This document shows, piece by piece, positions 1 to 10,518 of a stretch of 64,000 nt of DNA. The notes beneath the pieces are model-generated. The model made no database searches. It had not been told where the DNA came from and saw only the letters and a program-made list of their open reading frames with translations. The DNA is taken from sequence record MW021758.1; one strand, written 5' to 3'. Position numbers and translations under genes: made by a program. Position 1 is the stretch's first letter, and every line of letters begins with the position of its first letter.

Positions 1-106
1 TAAAGACTATCGAGGAACGATAGCCAAAGGAATTTGGTTTATTGATTGAAATGTTCGCCAGTGTATCGAAGTCGACTACGATGGTCGTACCGGCGTAACG
101 AATCAT
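1..106 (-). CDS. Hypothetical protein, runs off the left edge (MIRYAGTTIVVDFD...)
   Basis: ATG at 106, open frame to position 1; not in ORF track. Confidence 0.5.
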   Translation of the reverse strand, partial: MIRYAGTTIVVDFDTLANISINKPNSFGYRSSIVF

Positions 107-153
107 TTGTTTAGATCCCCCGCAGGGCTCTATAGAGAGTTCAGGAGCTTCGA

Positions 154-1086
154 TCATTCACAGGCCTCTTTCACCAGTTCTTCGTAACTCTTAATACCCG
201 CACAACGACCACCTGCTGCATCAGGGTGGCCACCACCAGAGAACTTCTTAGCTACATGGGACGCTAACCCGGAACCGGCACGAGAACGGAAACTGAATCC
301 CATACCCTTACCGCTAATACTTGTACCGATCACCAGATCTACACGCGGGTTCTTCTCCATGATCTGAGAAGCAACCTCAGAGATGAAGATATGCGGGCAG
401 TTCAGAACGGCGATGGTGGTATCGACTTGACCTTTAGGGCCGCGAATAACCTGACCGCGATACCACCAAGTAGCATTCTTCATGAACCACTCTACTTGCT
501 GATCGCGTGCTTTGACCAGGATATCAGCCATCGCAGTAATTTCATCTACACCAGCTTGGTCTTGGGTGTAAAGGACTTTAACGAACGGCGGGAAGATAAC
601 ATCCGGTTCACCCTTAGCCAGGAAGGTAGCGAAGTACTCATGATACTTACGCATGTCCGGGGTAAGTAACCAAAGGTCACGCAGTTCTACCAATTTAACC
701 ATAGGCGGCATTGGTTCGTTTGGATAGAGGTATTCCCATGCCAGGCCTGCACCTGAGTGAGCCATATCGAAACCGATGTGGTCACCTGGACGCATGTGCT
801 CTTTCGCATGACCGGCACGGTCAGTAGAGTCTTTGTGATGATCGAGTAGAATGCAACGCTGGGTCTTTTCCCAGTTAGCGCTTGTCCACTCAGTGTCAGG
901 GCAGAAGTCTACGAAGAAGACTACCTTACCTTCGACGTCCAGAGTATTAGGACGACCGTAGTTAATTGGTTGATACGTGGCCAATGGATAACGAGTATAC
1001 ATCAGCGCAGCGGCTGCGAAGCCGTCCATGCAGCTATCGTGATAGAAGACTACAACGTTTTTATCATTAACAGGATAATCGTACAT
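154..1086 (-). CDS. DHH/DHHA1-family phosphoesterase
   Basis: Motifs YHDSCMDG, FVDF, LDHH, RDLW and C-terminal GGGHPDAAG. Confidence 0.88.
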   Translation of the reverse strand: MYDYPVNDKNVVVFYHDSCMDGFAAAALMYTRYPLATYQPINYGRPNTLDVEGKVVFFVDFCPDTEWTSANWEKTQRCILLDHHKDSTDRAGHAKEHMRPGDHIGFDMAHSGAGLAWEYLYPNEPMPPMVKLVELRDLWLLTPDMRKYHEYFATFLAKGEPDVIFPPFVKVLYTQDQAGVDEITAMADILVKARDQQVEWFMKNATWWYRGQVIRGPKGQVDTTIAVLNCPHIFISEVASQIMEKNPRVDLVIGTSISGKGMGFSFRSRAGSGLASHVAKKFSGGGHPDAAGGRCAGIKSYEELVKEACE

Positions 1087-1087
1087 T

Positions 1088-1366
1088 TCATTCCCCCAAC
1101 AGTGAACTGATTAACTCGCACTTTTGATGGAGCTCTTCACGAGTTCCACCGAAGTTCTTTAAAGGAGTAAGGGTAATGGAAGTACCATCCTTCTTCTCCA
1201 CTTCGAATACCCAGAGAGCCCATTTACCTGGCCCGCTACGATAAGGTTTACCGATAGTTTTAATATCGACTAAAGGCAGATAAGTAACTTCCTTAGAAAT
1301 TACCCCGGTGATGATTAAACTGGAGTCTTTGGTTAACTCCCCCTCAGGTAAATTTACGTATGGCAT
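1088..1366 (-). CDS. Hypothetical protein
   Basis: 92-aa ORF abutting the next gene, SD GAGG. Confidence 0.7.
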   Translation of the reverse strand: MPYVNLPEGELTKDSSLIITGVISKEVTYLPLVDIKTIGKPYRSGPGKWALWVFEVEKKDGTSITLTPLKNFGGTREELHQKCELISSLLGE

Positions 1367-1431
1367 TTTGACCTCAGATGTTTATAAACGTAAACCATAA
1401 TCCGAACAAAAAAGAAAAGCCAGCAACAAAA

Positions 1432-1460
1432 AGGAAGGCGCCTCCGAAGAGGCAGCCTTT
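1432..1460 (-). terminator. Rho-independent terminator downstream of ligase
   Basis: AAGGC-GCCTC-CGAA-GAGGC-AGCCTT hairpin next to an A-run on + (U-tract on -). Confidence 0.7.
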
Positions 1461-1471
1461 AATTAATCGTT

Positions 1472-3828
<2,357 letters not shown>

Positions 3829-3833
3829 CTGCC

Positions 3834-4121
3834 TTACCCTCTTTTTAGATCGCGTTCCGAAGGGATGATTATTGGTCGTTTGAAGTGAGACATGGTAATC
3901 GTATTAACGATTGCCAATGTGTTCTTAGGGTCATTAATGACCGCCTTGCAAACTTCCTTAGGGTAATCATAAGGGACACGCTGCAATACCAACATCGCAG
4001 TAGCCATTACCTTACCGGGATTACCGTTATGAATTTTGTAACTGATGGCGATAGTCATGAGGACATCCATAAAGCAACGAAGCTCATCCATTGACGTTCC
4101 ATTAGCTGAAGGTACAGACAT
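3834..4121 (-). CDS. Hypothetical helical protein
   Basis: ORF track, SD GGAGG. Confidence 0.75.
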   Translation of the reverse strand: MSVPSANGTSMDELRCFMDVLMTIAISYKIHNGNPGKVMATAMLVLQRVPYDYPKEVCKAVINDPKNTLAIVNTITMSHFKRPIIIPSERDLKRG

Positions 4122-4158
4122 TTATCCTCCTGTAGAAAATAGGAGTGAGGCTTTCGCC

Positions 4159-4350
4159 TCACTGTGTGATATTACATTTGTTAAGTTTGCTGGTAATCAA
4201 CTTCTCGATCATCGTGATACGAAGTTTGCGTGGAAGTGCGATACCTAACTTAGCCTCAAGTGCTTCGATATCGCGCAGACTATCTTGAGCAACCTGACCC
4301 GAAATCGTAACCGGACTGTAGTCCGGAGGGGTGATCGAAATTACGGACAT
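4159..4350 (-). CDS. Hypothetical protein (MSVISITPP...)
   Basis: Start moved to ATG 4350 to avoid overlap with 4356-4775. Confidence 0.6.
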   Translation of the reverse strand: MSVISITPPDYSPVTISGQVAQDSLRDIEALEAKLGIALPRKLRITMIEKLITSKLNKCNITQ

Positions 4351-4355
4351 CTTTC

Positions 4356-4775
4356 TTACCTCAGGAATTCGATCTCTAATCGATTCTTGACGACGCGAGC
4401 TTTGAAACGATCTCGACAACTATCGACGTCAAGCCCGTTACTTTCCGCCATCCGAATTAACCAATCTAGCCGGTTGTTTACCAGTACGCTATGAATGATC
4501 TCTTCCCAACGATCTATTAAGTGCTGCAAGTCCTCTTCCGTTATCTGAGCTAATTCATACTCCCAATAAAGGTAGTCCTGAATCGCCATAGAGAAGTTCT
4601 CATCACGGTCGCTGTTTGCGTCCCATTCGTTGGAGAGGACATAGGCTACACCTTGTAATAGCGCGTTAGCGATGTCGTTTATATCAAGACGGTATGCTTT
4701 CGCGTACGCCTTGAAATAAATAGGTACGTCCCCGAGTACGAGGACGCGTTTCCCTGGTGTTGTGTTGAATGCCAT
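4356..4775 (-). CDS. Hypothetical protein
   Basis: 139-aa ORF. Confidence 0.75.
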   Translation of the reverse strand: MAFNTTPGKRVLVLGDVPIYFKAYAKAYRLDINDIANALLQGVAYVLSNEWDANSDRDENFSMAIQDYLYWEYELAQITEEDLQHLIDRWEEIIHSVLVNNRLDWLIRMAESNGLDVDSCRDRFKARVVKNRLEIEFLR

Positions 4776-4785
4776 GTTCCACCTG

Positions 4786-5079
4786 TTAACGGTGTATTGA
4801 CAACGTACCTTCCTTCAAGTCAGTTGGACGGTACTTCTGCAGCGCGTTGATAACTGAACGCAGTGGTTGCGGCGACATCTGAACCAGATGCATCAGATCA
4901 CGTACCGGTAAAGTCAGTGCCCGGCCACGGATAGATGCAGCGCAGTTCTTAATCGCGACGTTGTTAGTCGGGTTGTTGTAGTTGCACAACTGAAGGGAGA
5001 TCAGGGCATCCGACATTTCTTCCTTTTCTACTTGGTTCATGTTCATCATCGCTTCCTCTATTTGTTTAAGTTCAGACAT
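4786..5079 (-). CDS. Hypothetical helical protein
   Basis: 97-aa ORF. Confidence 0.75.
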   Translation of the reverse strand: MSELKQIEEAMMNMNQVEKEEMSDALISLQLCNYNNPTNNVAIKNCAASIRGRALTLPVRDLMHLVQMSPQPLRSVINALQKYRPTDLKEGTLSIHR

Positions 5080-5126
5080 AATGGTTTCCCTGGTATTGCC
5101 AGTGAATTACTCGTACTTCACAACGG

Positions 5127-5501
5127 CTAGTTAAAACGGATATCGATCGCGATCAGACCAGGAGCACTTGAGCAAGTACTACCGTCTTTAGCGAAAACGT
5201 CATTGTTACGACGGATACTGAAATTGTAAGAACGACCATCGATAATGTCACCCAGCACTTCAGGGTCGATGATCTTAACACTTGCGGTTAACTGTCCGTC
5301 AGTAGCACGGAAGTTTTCCAGGCGATGCGTTGGCTTTTTGATTTCGTAGAAGCGCCCCGGTTCTTTAACTGGGAAGGTAGGGTTAGTTTCACCCAGTACC
5401 ACGCTACGGTTATTCAAAGCTTTTGCGATCTTTTCCAAATCGCTTTGACGCCAGAAAGATGGAATCGGTAAACGGACTTTGGTCAAAGATGTAACGCTCA
5501 T
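5127..5501 (-). CDS. Prohead-protease-like (S80/phiKZ gp175-type) small domain
   Basis: LGETNP...THRL...FSIRR...IAIDI resembles the GExGHP / SH / FSIR / D motif order. Confidence 0.5.
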   Translation of the reverse strand: MSVTSLTKVRLPIPSFWRQSDLEKIAKALNNRSVVLGETNPTFPVKEPGRFYEIKKPTHRLENFRATDGQLTASVKIIDPEVLGDIIDGRSYNFSIRRNNDVFAKDGSTCSSAPGLIAIDIRFN

Positions 5502-5590
5502 GTGTAAATCTCTCTAAACTAAATTGTAAAATAGTAGAGAGTAGGAAAATCCTACTCTCGATTTAATCGACTGATTCGATTATCATTAAA

Positions 5591-5607
5591 GTAATATAGA
5601 CCTGAAA
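5591..5607 (-). promoter_or_regulatory. phiKZ-type early promoter
   Basis: Minus strand TTTCAGGTCTATATTAC. Confidence 0.75.
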
Positions 5608-5613
5608 TTATCT

Positions 5614-5883
5614 TCAGATCTTGCAGCCTTCGCAGTCGCCGTCATCGACGAACTCTTCACCGCTTTCAGCCCGCTCTTCGTTACGAGCAGCTACCGCATC
5701 GAAATCGATACCGTCGAACAAAGAGTCCAGGGAATCACCGCTTTGATCGATAACCTTTGCGCCGTCGCCAGTTACCGGGAGCTCGTCGAAGGTCGTTGTT
5801 AATTTAGTTTCGCCACGAGTTTGGCCTGGCAGAGCGGTAGAATCGGCGGCTGGTTTGAAATAGGAAGAAAGATCTTTAGTCAC
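5614..5883 (-). CDS. Acidic small protein ending in RNR-alpha-like CxxC-KI tail
   Basis: GTG start with SD AAGGA; C-terminus EEFVDDGDCEGCKI. Confidence 0.75.
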   Translation of the reverse strand: MTKDLSSYFKPAADSTALPGQTRGETKLTTTFDELPVTGDGAKVIDQSGDSLDSLFDGIDFDAVAARNEERAESGEEFVDDGDCEGCKI

Positions 5884-5894
5884 GTTTATTTTCC

Positions 5895-6053
5895 TTAGTG
5901 CTGAGGGTTTGCCATAATGGTTGCCAGGCCGTCCAGGCTACCGTAATGGAAGTCGCATTGAGAGACTGACACAGGTTGCTCGTTTGAACCAGATTCGAAA
6001 TAAGCGTTCTCTGGTTTTACTTCTGCTACATTAGCAGGTGCTGACTGTTGCAT
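5895..6053 (-). CDS. 52-aa hypothetical protein (MQQSAPANVAEVKPENAYFES...)
   Basis: Manual translation; ATG preceded by AAGGA; below ORF-track cutoff. Confidence 0.65.
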   Translation of the reverse strand: MQQSAPANVAEVKPENAYFESGSNEQPVSVSQCDFHYGSLDGLATIMANPQH

Positions 6054-6224
6054 GGTTTATTCCTTAAAGGAGGGGTGATAGTCTAGTTGTTACTAAACTA
6101 TTTAAAGAGTATTTGAAAAAATAAGGGAACAAAAAAAAGAGGGACGACCCTCTTAAGAATCCCTCCCAAAAGGGAGGGGTTATTTGTACTGCTTACTTCC
6201 CGGAATCATAGAATCAAGGGGAAA

Positions 6225-6848
6225 TTATCTGCCCCGACCAGAAGAACGGAAGTTCCTGTTTTTGTTGAAGAATTTCCCTGGTTTAACTTTGTTGTGGATG
6301 GATCGGTTGTTCCCTGGGATGTTCATCCCCTTAGGTTTAAACATCTTTAGTTGAGGTAACTCAGAATCATCGCGTAAGAGTTCGATCTCTTCAGCTTCGA
6401 AGTATTTCTCAATTACAGCCGGGCAACTAATAGCACGGCCGCCGCCGAGTAAAATCTGATCAACTTCCGCAGACTTTATCTCAATGAACTTGGTGAGGAA
6501 TTCGATACCGCGATCCAGTATAGCAACCTCTAAAGACAGATTAACTGAGGCGACACGGTCACTGGTAGTATCGACGCCACCGAACTCAATGATGTCGTTA
6601 TTACGTTCGATGATCATGTAACGATGATCAGAAACGTCATGAAGATCGATCGAATGTTCACCCGAGTATTTACTTCTAGCAGTTTCCACCAAAGCCAACA
6701 GCCGTTTAGCTGCATCAACCGGCGTAACGCGACCACGCACACGGAGTACCACTTTGTTGATGTCTACGTTCAGTACATCGTAAAGCGTAGCGCGATCAGT
6801 AGCGGGAGGCCTGCTGGTGACAACCTCATCTTTTTCTATTTCGTTCAT
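6225..6848 (-). CDS. Hypothetical protein with basic C-terminal tail
   Basis: 207 aa, ATGA-coupled to the upstream gene. Confidence 0.8.
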   Translation of the reverse strand: MNEIEKDEVVTSRPPATDRATLYDVLNVDINKVVLRVRGRVTPVDAAKRLLALVETARSKYSGEHSIDLHDVSDHRYMIIERNNDIIEFGGVDTTSDRVASVNLSLEVAILDRGIEFLTKFIEIKSAEVDQILLGGGRAISCPAVIEKYFEAEEIELLRDDSELPQLKMFKPKGMNIPGNNRSIHNKVKPGKFFNKNRNFRSSGRGR

Positions 6849-7324
6849 AGACCCTTTTCCTTAATCTTGGCTACGATGTCGTCGACACCCATGACGAAGT
6901 AACTGTTAGTGAATGTCGGCAAAGTTTTGTGGAACCAATCCAACGCTGCTTCTGGACTGGTTGTTAAGTGGATCGCAGAGTTCATTGTATCTTCAGTAAG
7001 GTAATCGGCAGAACGGCAATGACGGAAACCTTTACCGATTACCAGACGGTTACAGATAACTTTGTTGTTACTCCCTACCGCATACTCGTAAACCCTACCC
7101 TCGGGAGTAATGAGCATCCCTAGCATTTCACCGGAACGATCAACGGGAACCTTGTTGTCTTCGATGATATCAAGGATAGCGAAACAGCTTAGAGAGTAGG
7201 GGACAATGAATCCGTGTGGCGTGAATAGAGAATCCCAGCTAAGAGTAGTCGGTAGCCCTGAACTCTTTTGGATCTTCGTACTAAAGATGACTTTATCATC
7301 GTAGAAAGCTGCGAAGTTTTTCAT
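6845..7324 (-). CDS. Degenerate Ntn-hydrolase/HslV-like paralog
   Basis: Similar length and layout to the adjacent Ntn-like gene; catalytic N-terminus absent. Confidence 0.35.
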   Translation of the reverse strand: MKNFAAFYDDKVIFSTKIQKSSGLPTTLSWDSLFTPHGFIVPYSLSCFAILDIIEDNKVPVDRSGEMLGMLITPEGRVYEYAVGSNNKVICNRLVIGKGFRHCRSADYLTEDTMNSAIHLTTSPEAALDWFHKTLPTFTNSYFVMGVDDIVAKIKEKGL

Positions 7325-7848
7325 TTAGATTTCTTCCTTTTGATAAGCTCCAGATCTTTAGCACGGTGAATGACTACCGTGCCACCGCAATCAGGATTCA
7401 TCAATATGGCGTTCCGCACCGATGACTCTACATCGAATCCGTTAGATAACGATTGCAGAGCAGTACGCATCCCGTTACCTGCTGCCCATGGGATACCTTT
7501 CTCCCAGCGTATGATACCAGTCACCCCGACGTAGTAATGGTGTCTACGTGTCATGAAGCAAAGCGTACGAGTAGAGTCTTCCATACCGTATCGTTCCAGG
7601 ATGTCTTTAGATAATGGAAGCGTATCTAAATCCCCCTCCTCCATTTCAATGACTTTCTCACTGAAATAAAAGAACTCTTTACACGCCCAGTCAATAGTCG
7701 TGTTATCGCCAACCATCCCCATAACGACTTTCCCGCCGAATGAGAATAACTTGAGCATACCGCACAAACGCTCTGTGTATTTCCCCTGATCAATAATCCC
7801 TCTTGAGTCAGCAGCAATAACACCCTTGTGATAAAGAATAATGGACAA
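7321..7848 (-). CDS. HslV/proteasome-beta-like Ntn peptidase
   Basis: SIILYHKGVIAADSR, KL, G-x-G and ...MNPDCGG motifs; TTG start at 7848 behind AAGGAG exposes an N-terminal Ser. Confidence 0.65.
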   Translation of the reverse strand: MSIILYHKGVIAADSRGIIDQGKYTERLCGMLKLFSFGGKVVMGMVGDNTTIDWACKEFFYFSEKVIEMEEGDLDTLPLSKDILERYGMEDSTRTLCFMTRRHHYYVGVTGIIRWEKGIPWAAGNGMRTALQSLSNGFDVESSVRNAILMNPDCGGTVVIHRAKDLELIKRKKSK

Positions 7849-7916
7849 AGCGATCTCCTTATTTGTCAATGAAACAAAAAATAAAGAGAGGGCATTTAGC
7901 CCTCTCCTATGCTCCG

Positions 7917-8216
7917 TTAGAAGCAGTGCTCACGGAAAGTTTTTGAGCCTTTGCCCATACCACCTTTCCCTTCGTTAACTTTTTCAGTGCTCTTCGCCTT
8001 TTTAACGAGAGTGACGAAAGTCCCGTTGGCATCGAAGTAGATCTTATCGCCGTCTTTAGGCTTTGAGCCGAATTCAGCGAATGAAACCTGTTTGTAGACA
8101 CCGGAACGAAGGTTGAGTGAGAAGTCACGTTTCCCCGGAGCACCGACTACGGCGTAAGTACCTGTGTCGTCAGCGTACAGGAATTGCAGAAGGCCTTTAT
8201 CAATTTCGAACTTCAT
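7917..8216 (-). CDS. Hypothetical protein
   Basis: 99 aa, SD GAGG, terminator at 7886-7906. Confidence 0.75.
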   Translation of the reverse strand: MKFEIDKGLLQFLYADDTGTYAVVGAPGKRDFSLNLRSGVYKQVSFAEFGSKPKDGDKIYFDANGTFVTLVKKAKSTEKVNEGKGGMGKGSKTFREHCF

Positions 8217-8227
8217 CGATACCTCGA

Positions 8228-8671
8228 TTATTTAAAGAAGCAGTCTTTCAGCGATTTGTCTTTTGCGACAGCTTTCAGACCTGCGGTGGATACAGTGAAC
8301 GGTTTGTGGTTAGGGACGATCACTGTGATGGTTTTGGATTTCACAGTTTCCGCCTTCTTCCAGAAGTACGCCCAGTTCGCCTCACCAGCGCGGCTAAGGG
8401 TAGAAACAAACCGAACTTCGTTACCATCGATTTTAGCAACGATAGTGTAACCGTCAGTTTCGCTGTCGTAGCGACGGCCATCTGCAGTATCTACGAACAG
8501 AATGCGCTTATCACCATCGTCCGAACAGGAGAAGTTTACAGAGGAGCCGTTTGCGTTATTGTTAATAACCTCAGTGGTTCCTTGTGCCCAGGAAGAGCCC
8601 CATGTCCCGGCCAGGGTATTGGCGGAGAACAGAGCAGCGGTCAGTGCGATAACAGCGGTGAGTTTCTTCAT
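8228..8671 (-). CDS. Secreted/periplasmic protein
   Basis: Sec signal MKKLTAVIALTAALFSANTLA; two Cys in mature part. Confidence 0.8.
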   Translation of the reverse strand: MKKLTAVIALTAALFSANTLAGTWGSSWAQGTTEVINNNANGSSVNFSCSDDGDKRILFVDTADGRRYDSETDGYTIVAKIDGNEVRFVSTLSRAGEANWAYFWKKAETVKSKTITVIVPNHKPFTVSTAGLKAVAKDKSLKDCFFK

Positions 8672-8741
8672 GATATTTATTCCTGATGTTAAAAAAGATT
8701 ATAAGTAGAGAGGGTTATTCCTCTCTACTCGGGTAGGGATA

Positions 8742-9716
8742 TTACAGTTTAGTTACAGCGATCTCGATACCGGACGACAGACGTTGAACGTCCATCAGAC
8801 GCTTTTCAAAGTCGTTACTCAGTTTACTGAGCTGTCCCGCGTCACCCATCAGTTCTTTGAGTTGAGCATTGTACTTGCTCATGACAAGACGAGCCGTAGC
8901 ATTGGTGCTAACGACGACGACGGGTTTTAACAGTTCACTCAGTGCGATGAGGGCGGTTTCTACATCCGTGCCGGTGACGGAGATAGAGGACGCTCTAACC
9001 GAACTACCGGGCTTAGTGGCAATAAGGAATTTCAAATTATCCGGAGCGGAGATCGTCGCAGAGTAGCTCGGCTTTCTCTTTGTGTTTTCTTCGCCCAGAA
9101 TATCCGGCGCCGTTTCAACTTTCTTGCTCGCTTTAACGACCGGTTGTTTCAGCGCCTTAGGTTTGATTGCCTTAGCGGCGTTAGCTGGTTTAGCAGCCTT
9201 TTTGTTAAGTGCAGGGATATAACCGAGATGCGCCAGGGCATCCTTGTTAGCTTTGAACCACTTACGGATCGCTACTTTAGGCCAGAGATTTGCAGCCCCG
9301 ACTTTTATCGGTTTAGGGAATCCGCCCAAGGACATTCCTGCCCCAGCCTCTTCCCGAGTCACGCCAGTTGCTTTCGCCAGCATATTCAGACGAGTTGCGG
9401 AAATACCGTATTCGCGAGTCAGTTCAGCAGTGCCGATAGTTTGAACGGTCTTCTTCTCAGCTACCTTAACATGGTAACCCAGAGTAACCAGTGCTGCGTT
9501 GTTCAGCTTAGCCCAATTAGACAGGGAGCGATTCGACCAGTGATGTTTGCCGGATTTACCTACCGGCTTAGGGAAGCCGACCAGGCTCAGACCGGCTTCT
9601 TTTTCAGCTTTGTTCAACTGACCGTTGGCCCAGCTACGGAACTTGCGAACCGGTACGTTGAGGTTAGCTGCCGCTGCGTTGGTGTCAAAGAAGTCTACTA
9701 CTTTTGGAGTTGCCAT
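8742..9716 (-). CDS. DNA-binding protein with two AlpA/excisionase-like modules and a Lys/Ala-rich linker
   Basis: Repeat GFPKP-x-G-x(3-4)-W...W; KKAAKPANAAKAIKPKALKQP linker. Confidence 0.6.
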   Translation of the reverse strand: MATPKVVDFFDTNAAAANLNVPVRKFRSWANGQLNKAEKEAGLSLVGFPKPVGKSGKHHWSNRSLSNWAKLNNAALVTLGYHVKVAEKKTVQTIGTAELTREYGISATRLNMLAKATGVTREEAGAGMSLGGFPKPIKVGAANLWPKVAIRKWFKANKDALAHLGYIPALNKKAAKPANAAKAIKPKALKQPVVKASKKVETAPDILGEENTKRKPSYSATISAPDNLKFLIATKPGSSVRASSISVTGTDVETALIALSELLKPVVVVSTNATARLVMSKYNAQLKELMGDAGQLSKLSNDFEKRLMDVQRLSSGIEIAVTKL

Positions 9717-9789
9717 ATTTCACTTTCCTTTACTAAGTTGAGTGGGTTGTTAACAAAAGCATAATACTCGTTATTAGAGTATTTTTCGA

Positions 9790-10071
9790 TCAGGCCACTG
9801 CTGGTACTGGAGTAGCCATTGTCTTAATGACTTCCGCAGATACCTTGAACAGTACCGCCAAAGCAATTACTGGAACTACCGCATCGATGCCAAAGATGAT
9901 ACCCATGGCAATCAGAGCAGTTACGTTGATCACGTAGCCCACTGCCGCATCGTTGTACACCTTAGAGGCGATCCAAGAAATCAGCATGACAATGGTAACT
10001 ACGAAACCAGCCGCTGCGTTCAAGACGAATACCGTCATGACGAACAGGAACATCATCAATTTACTGATCAT
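9790..10071 (-). CDS. Membrane protein
   Basis: About three hydrophobic helices. Confidence 0.8.
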   Translation of the reverse strand: MISKLMMFLFVMTVFVLNAAAGFVVTIVMLISWIASKVYNDAAVGYVINVTALIAMGIIFGIDAVVPVIALAVLFKVSAEVIKTMATPVPAVA

Positions 10072-10082
10072 GATTAAACTCC

Positions 10083-10280
10083 TTAAGCTGAAGAATTACG
10101 ACGACCAAAGATGGAAGCGTAGATGAATGTTAACAGTTTCAGGAAAGTCCCTACGATGACAATATAGGTCATCCCGATCCAGTAACACATTTTGAATACG
10201 ATGTTCGCAATGAAACGCAAGATAGGGTTCTTACATTCAGCGAATACGAACATGAGCATCAACAGAGTGATTAGTACCAT
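10083..10280 (-). CDS. Membrane protein (MVLITLLMLM...)
   Basis: ATG at 10280 directly after the upstream TGA; two hydrophobic segments. Confidence 0.65.
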   Translation of the reverse strand: MVLITLLMLMFVFAECKNPILRFIANIVFKMCYWIGMTYIVIVGTFLKLLTFIYASIFGRRNSSA

Positions 10281-10281
10281 T

Positions 10282-10476
10282 TCAATTACCCCGACTAAAA
10301 GCGGAACCCAGGCCACGGAAAGCCATCTGTGCGATTCTAACACCGATCTCATCAATAGCGAGATTGAGCGCTAACACGGTAATGAAGCTCGGGCGGTATT
10401 TGGTGACGAAAGACAGCAGTACGATGAGAAGTACCATCAAGAAGATCAGTTCCATTAGGATATACCTTTTGAACAA
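10282..10476 (-). CDS. Small membrane protein
   Basis: N-terminal hydrophobic helix. Confidence 0.65.
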   Translation of the reverse strand: MFKRYILMELIFLMVLLIVLLSFVTKYRPSFITVLALNLAIDEIGVRIAQMAFRGLGSAFSRGN

Positions 10477-10518
10477 GTTTAAATAAGTGGCGGTGGAATT
10501 ACCACCGCCGTCTGTTTA

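Noticed and set aside
8117-8686. 189-aa plus-strand ORF; likewise 9144-9764, 14024-14638 and 34920-35399
   Set aside because: Each overlaps better-supported minus-strand genes and lacks protein-like features
10083-10476. Frameshifted single membrane gene
   Set aside because: The TGA at 10282 is immediately followed by ATG 10280, so two coupled genes explain the overlap
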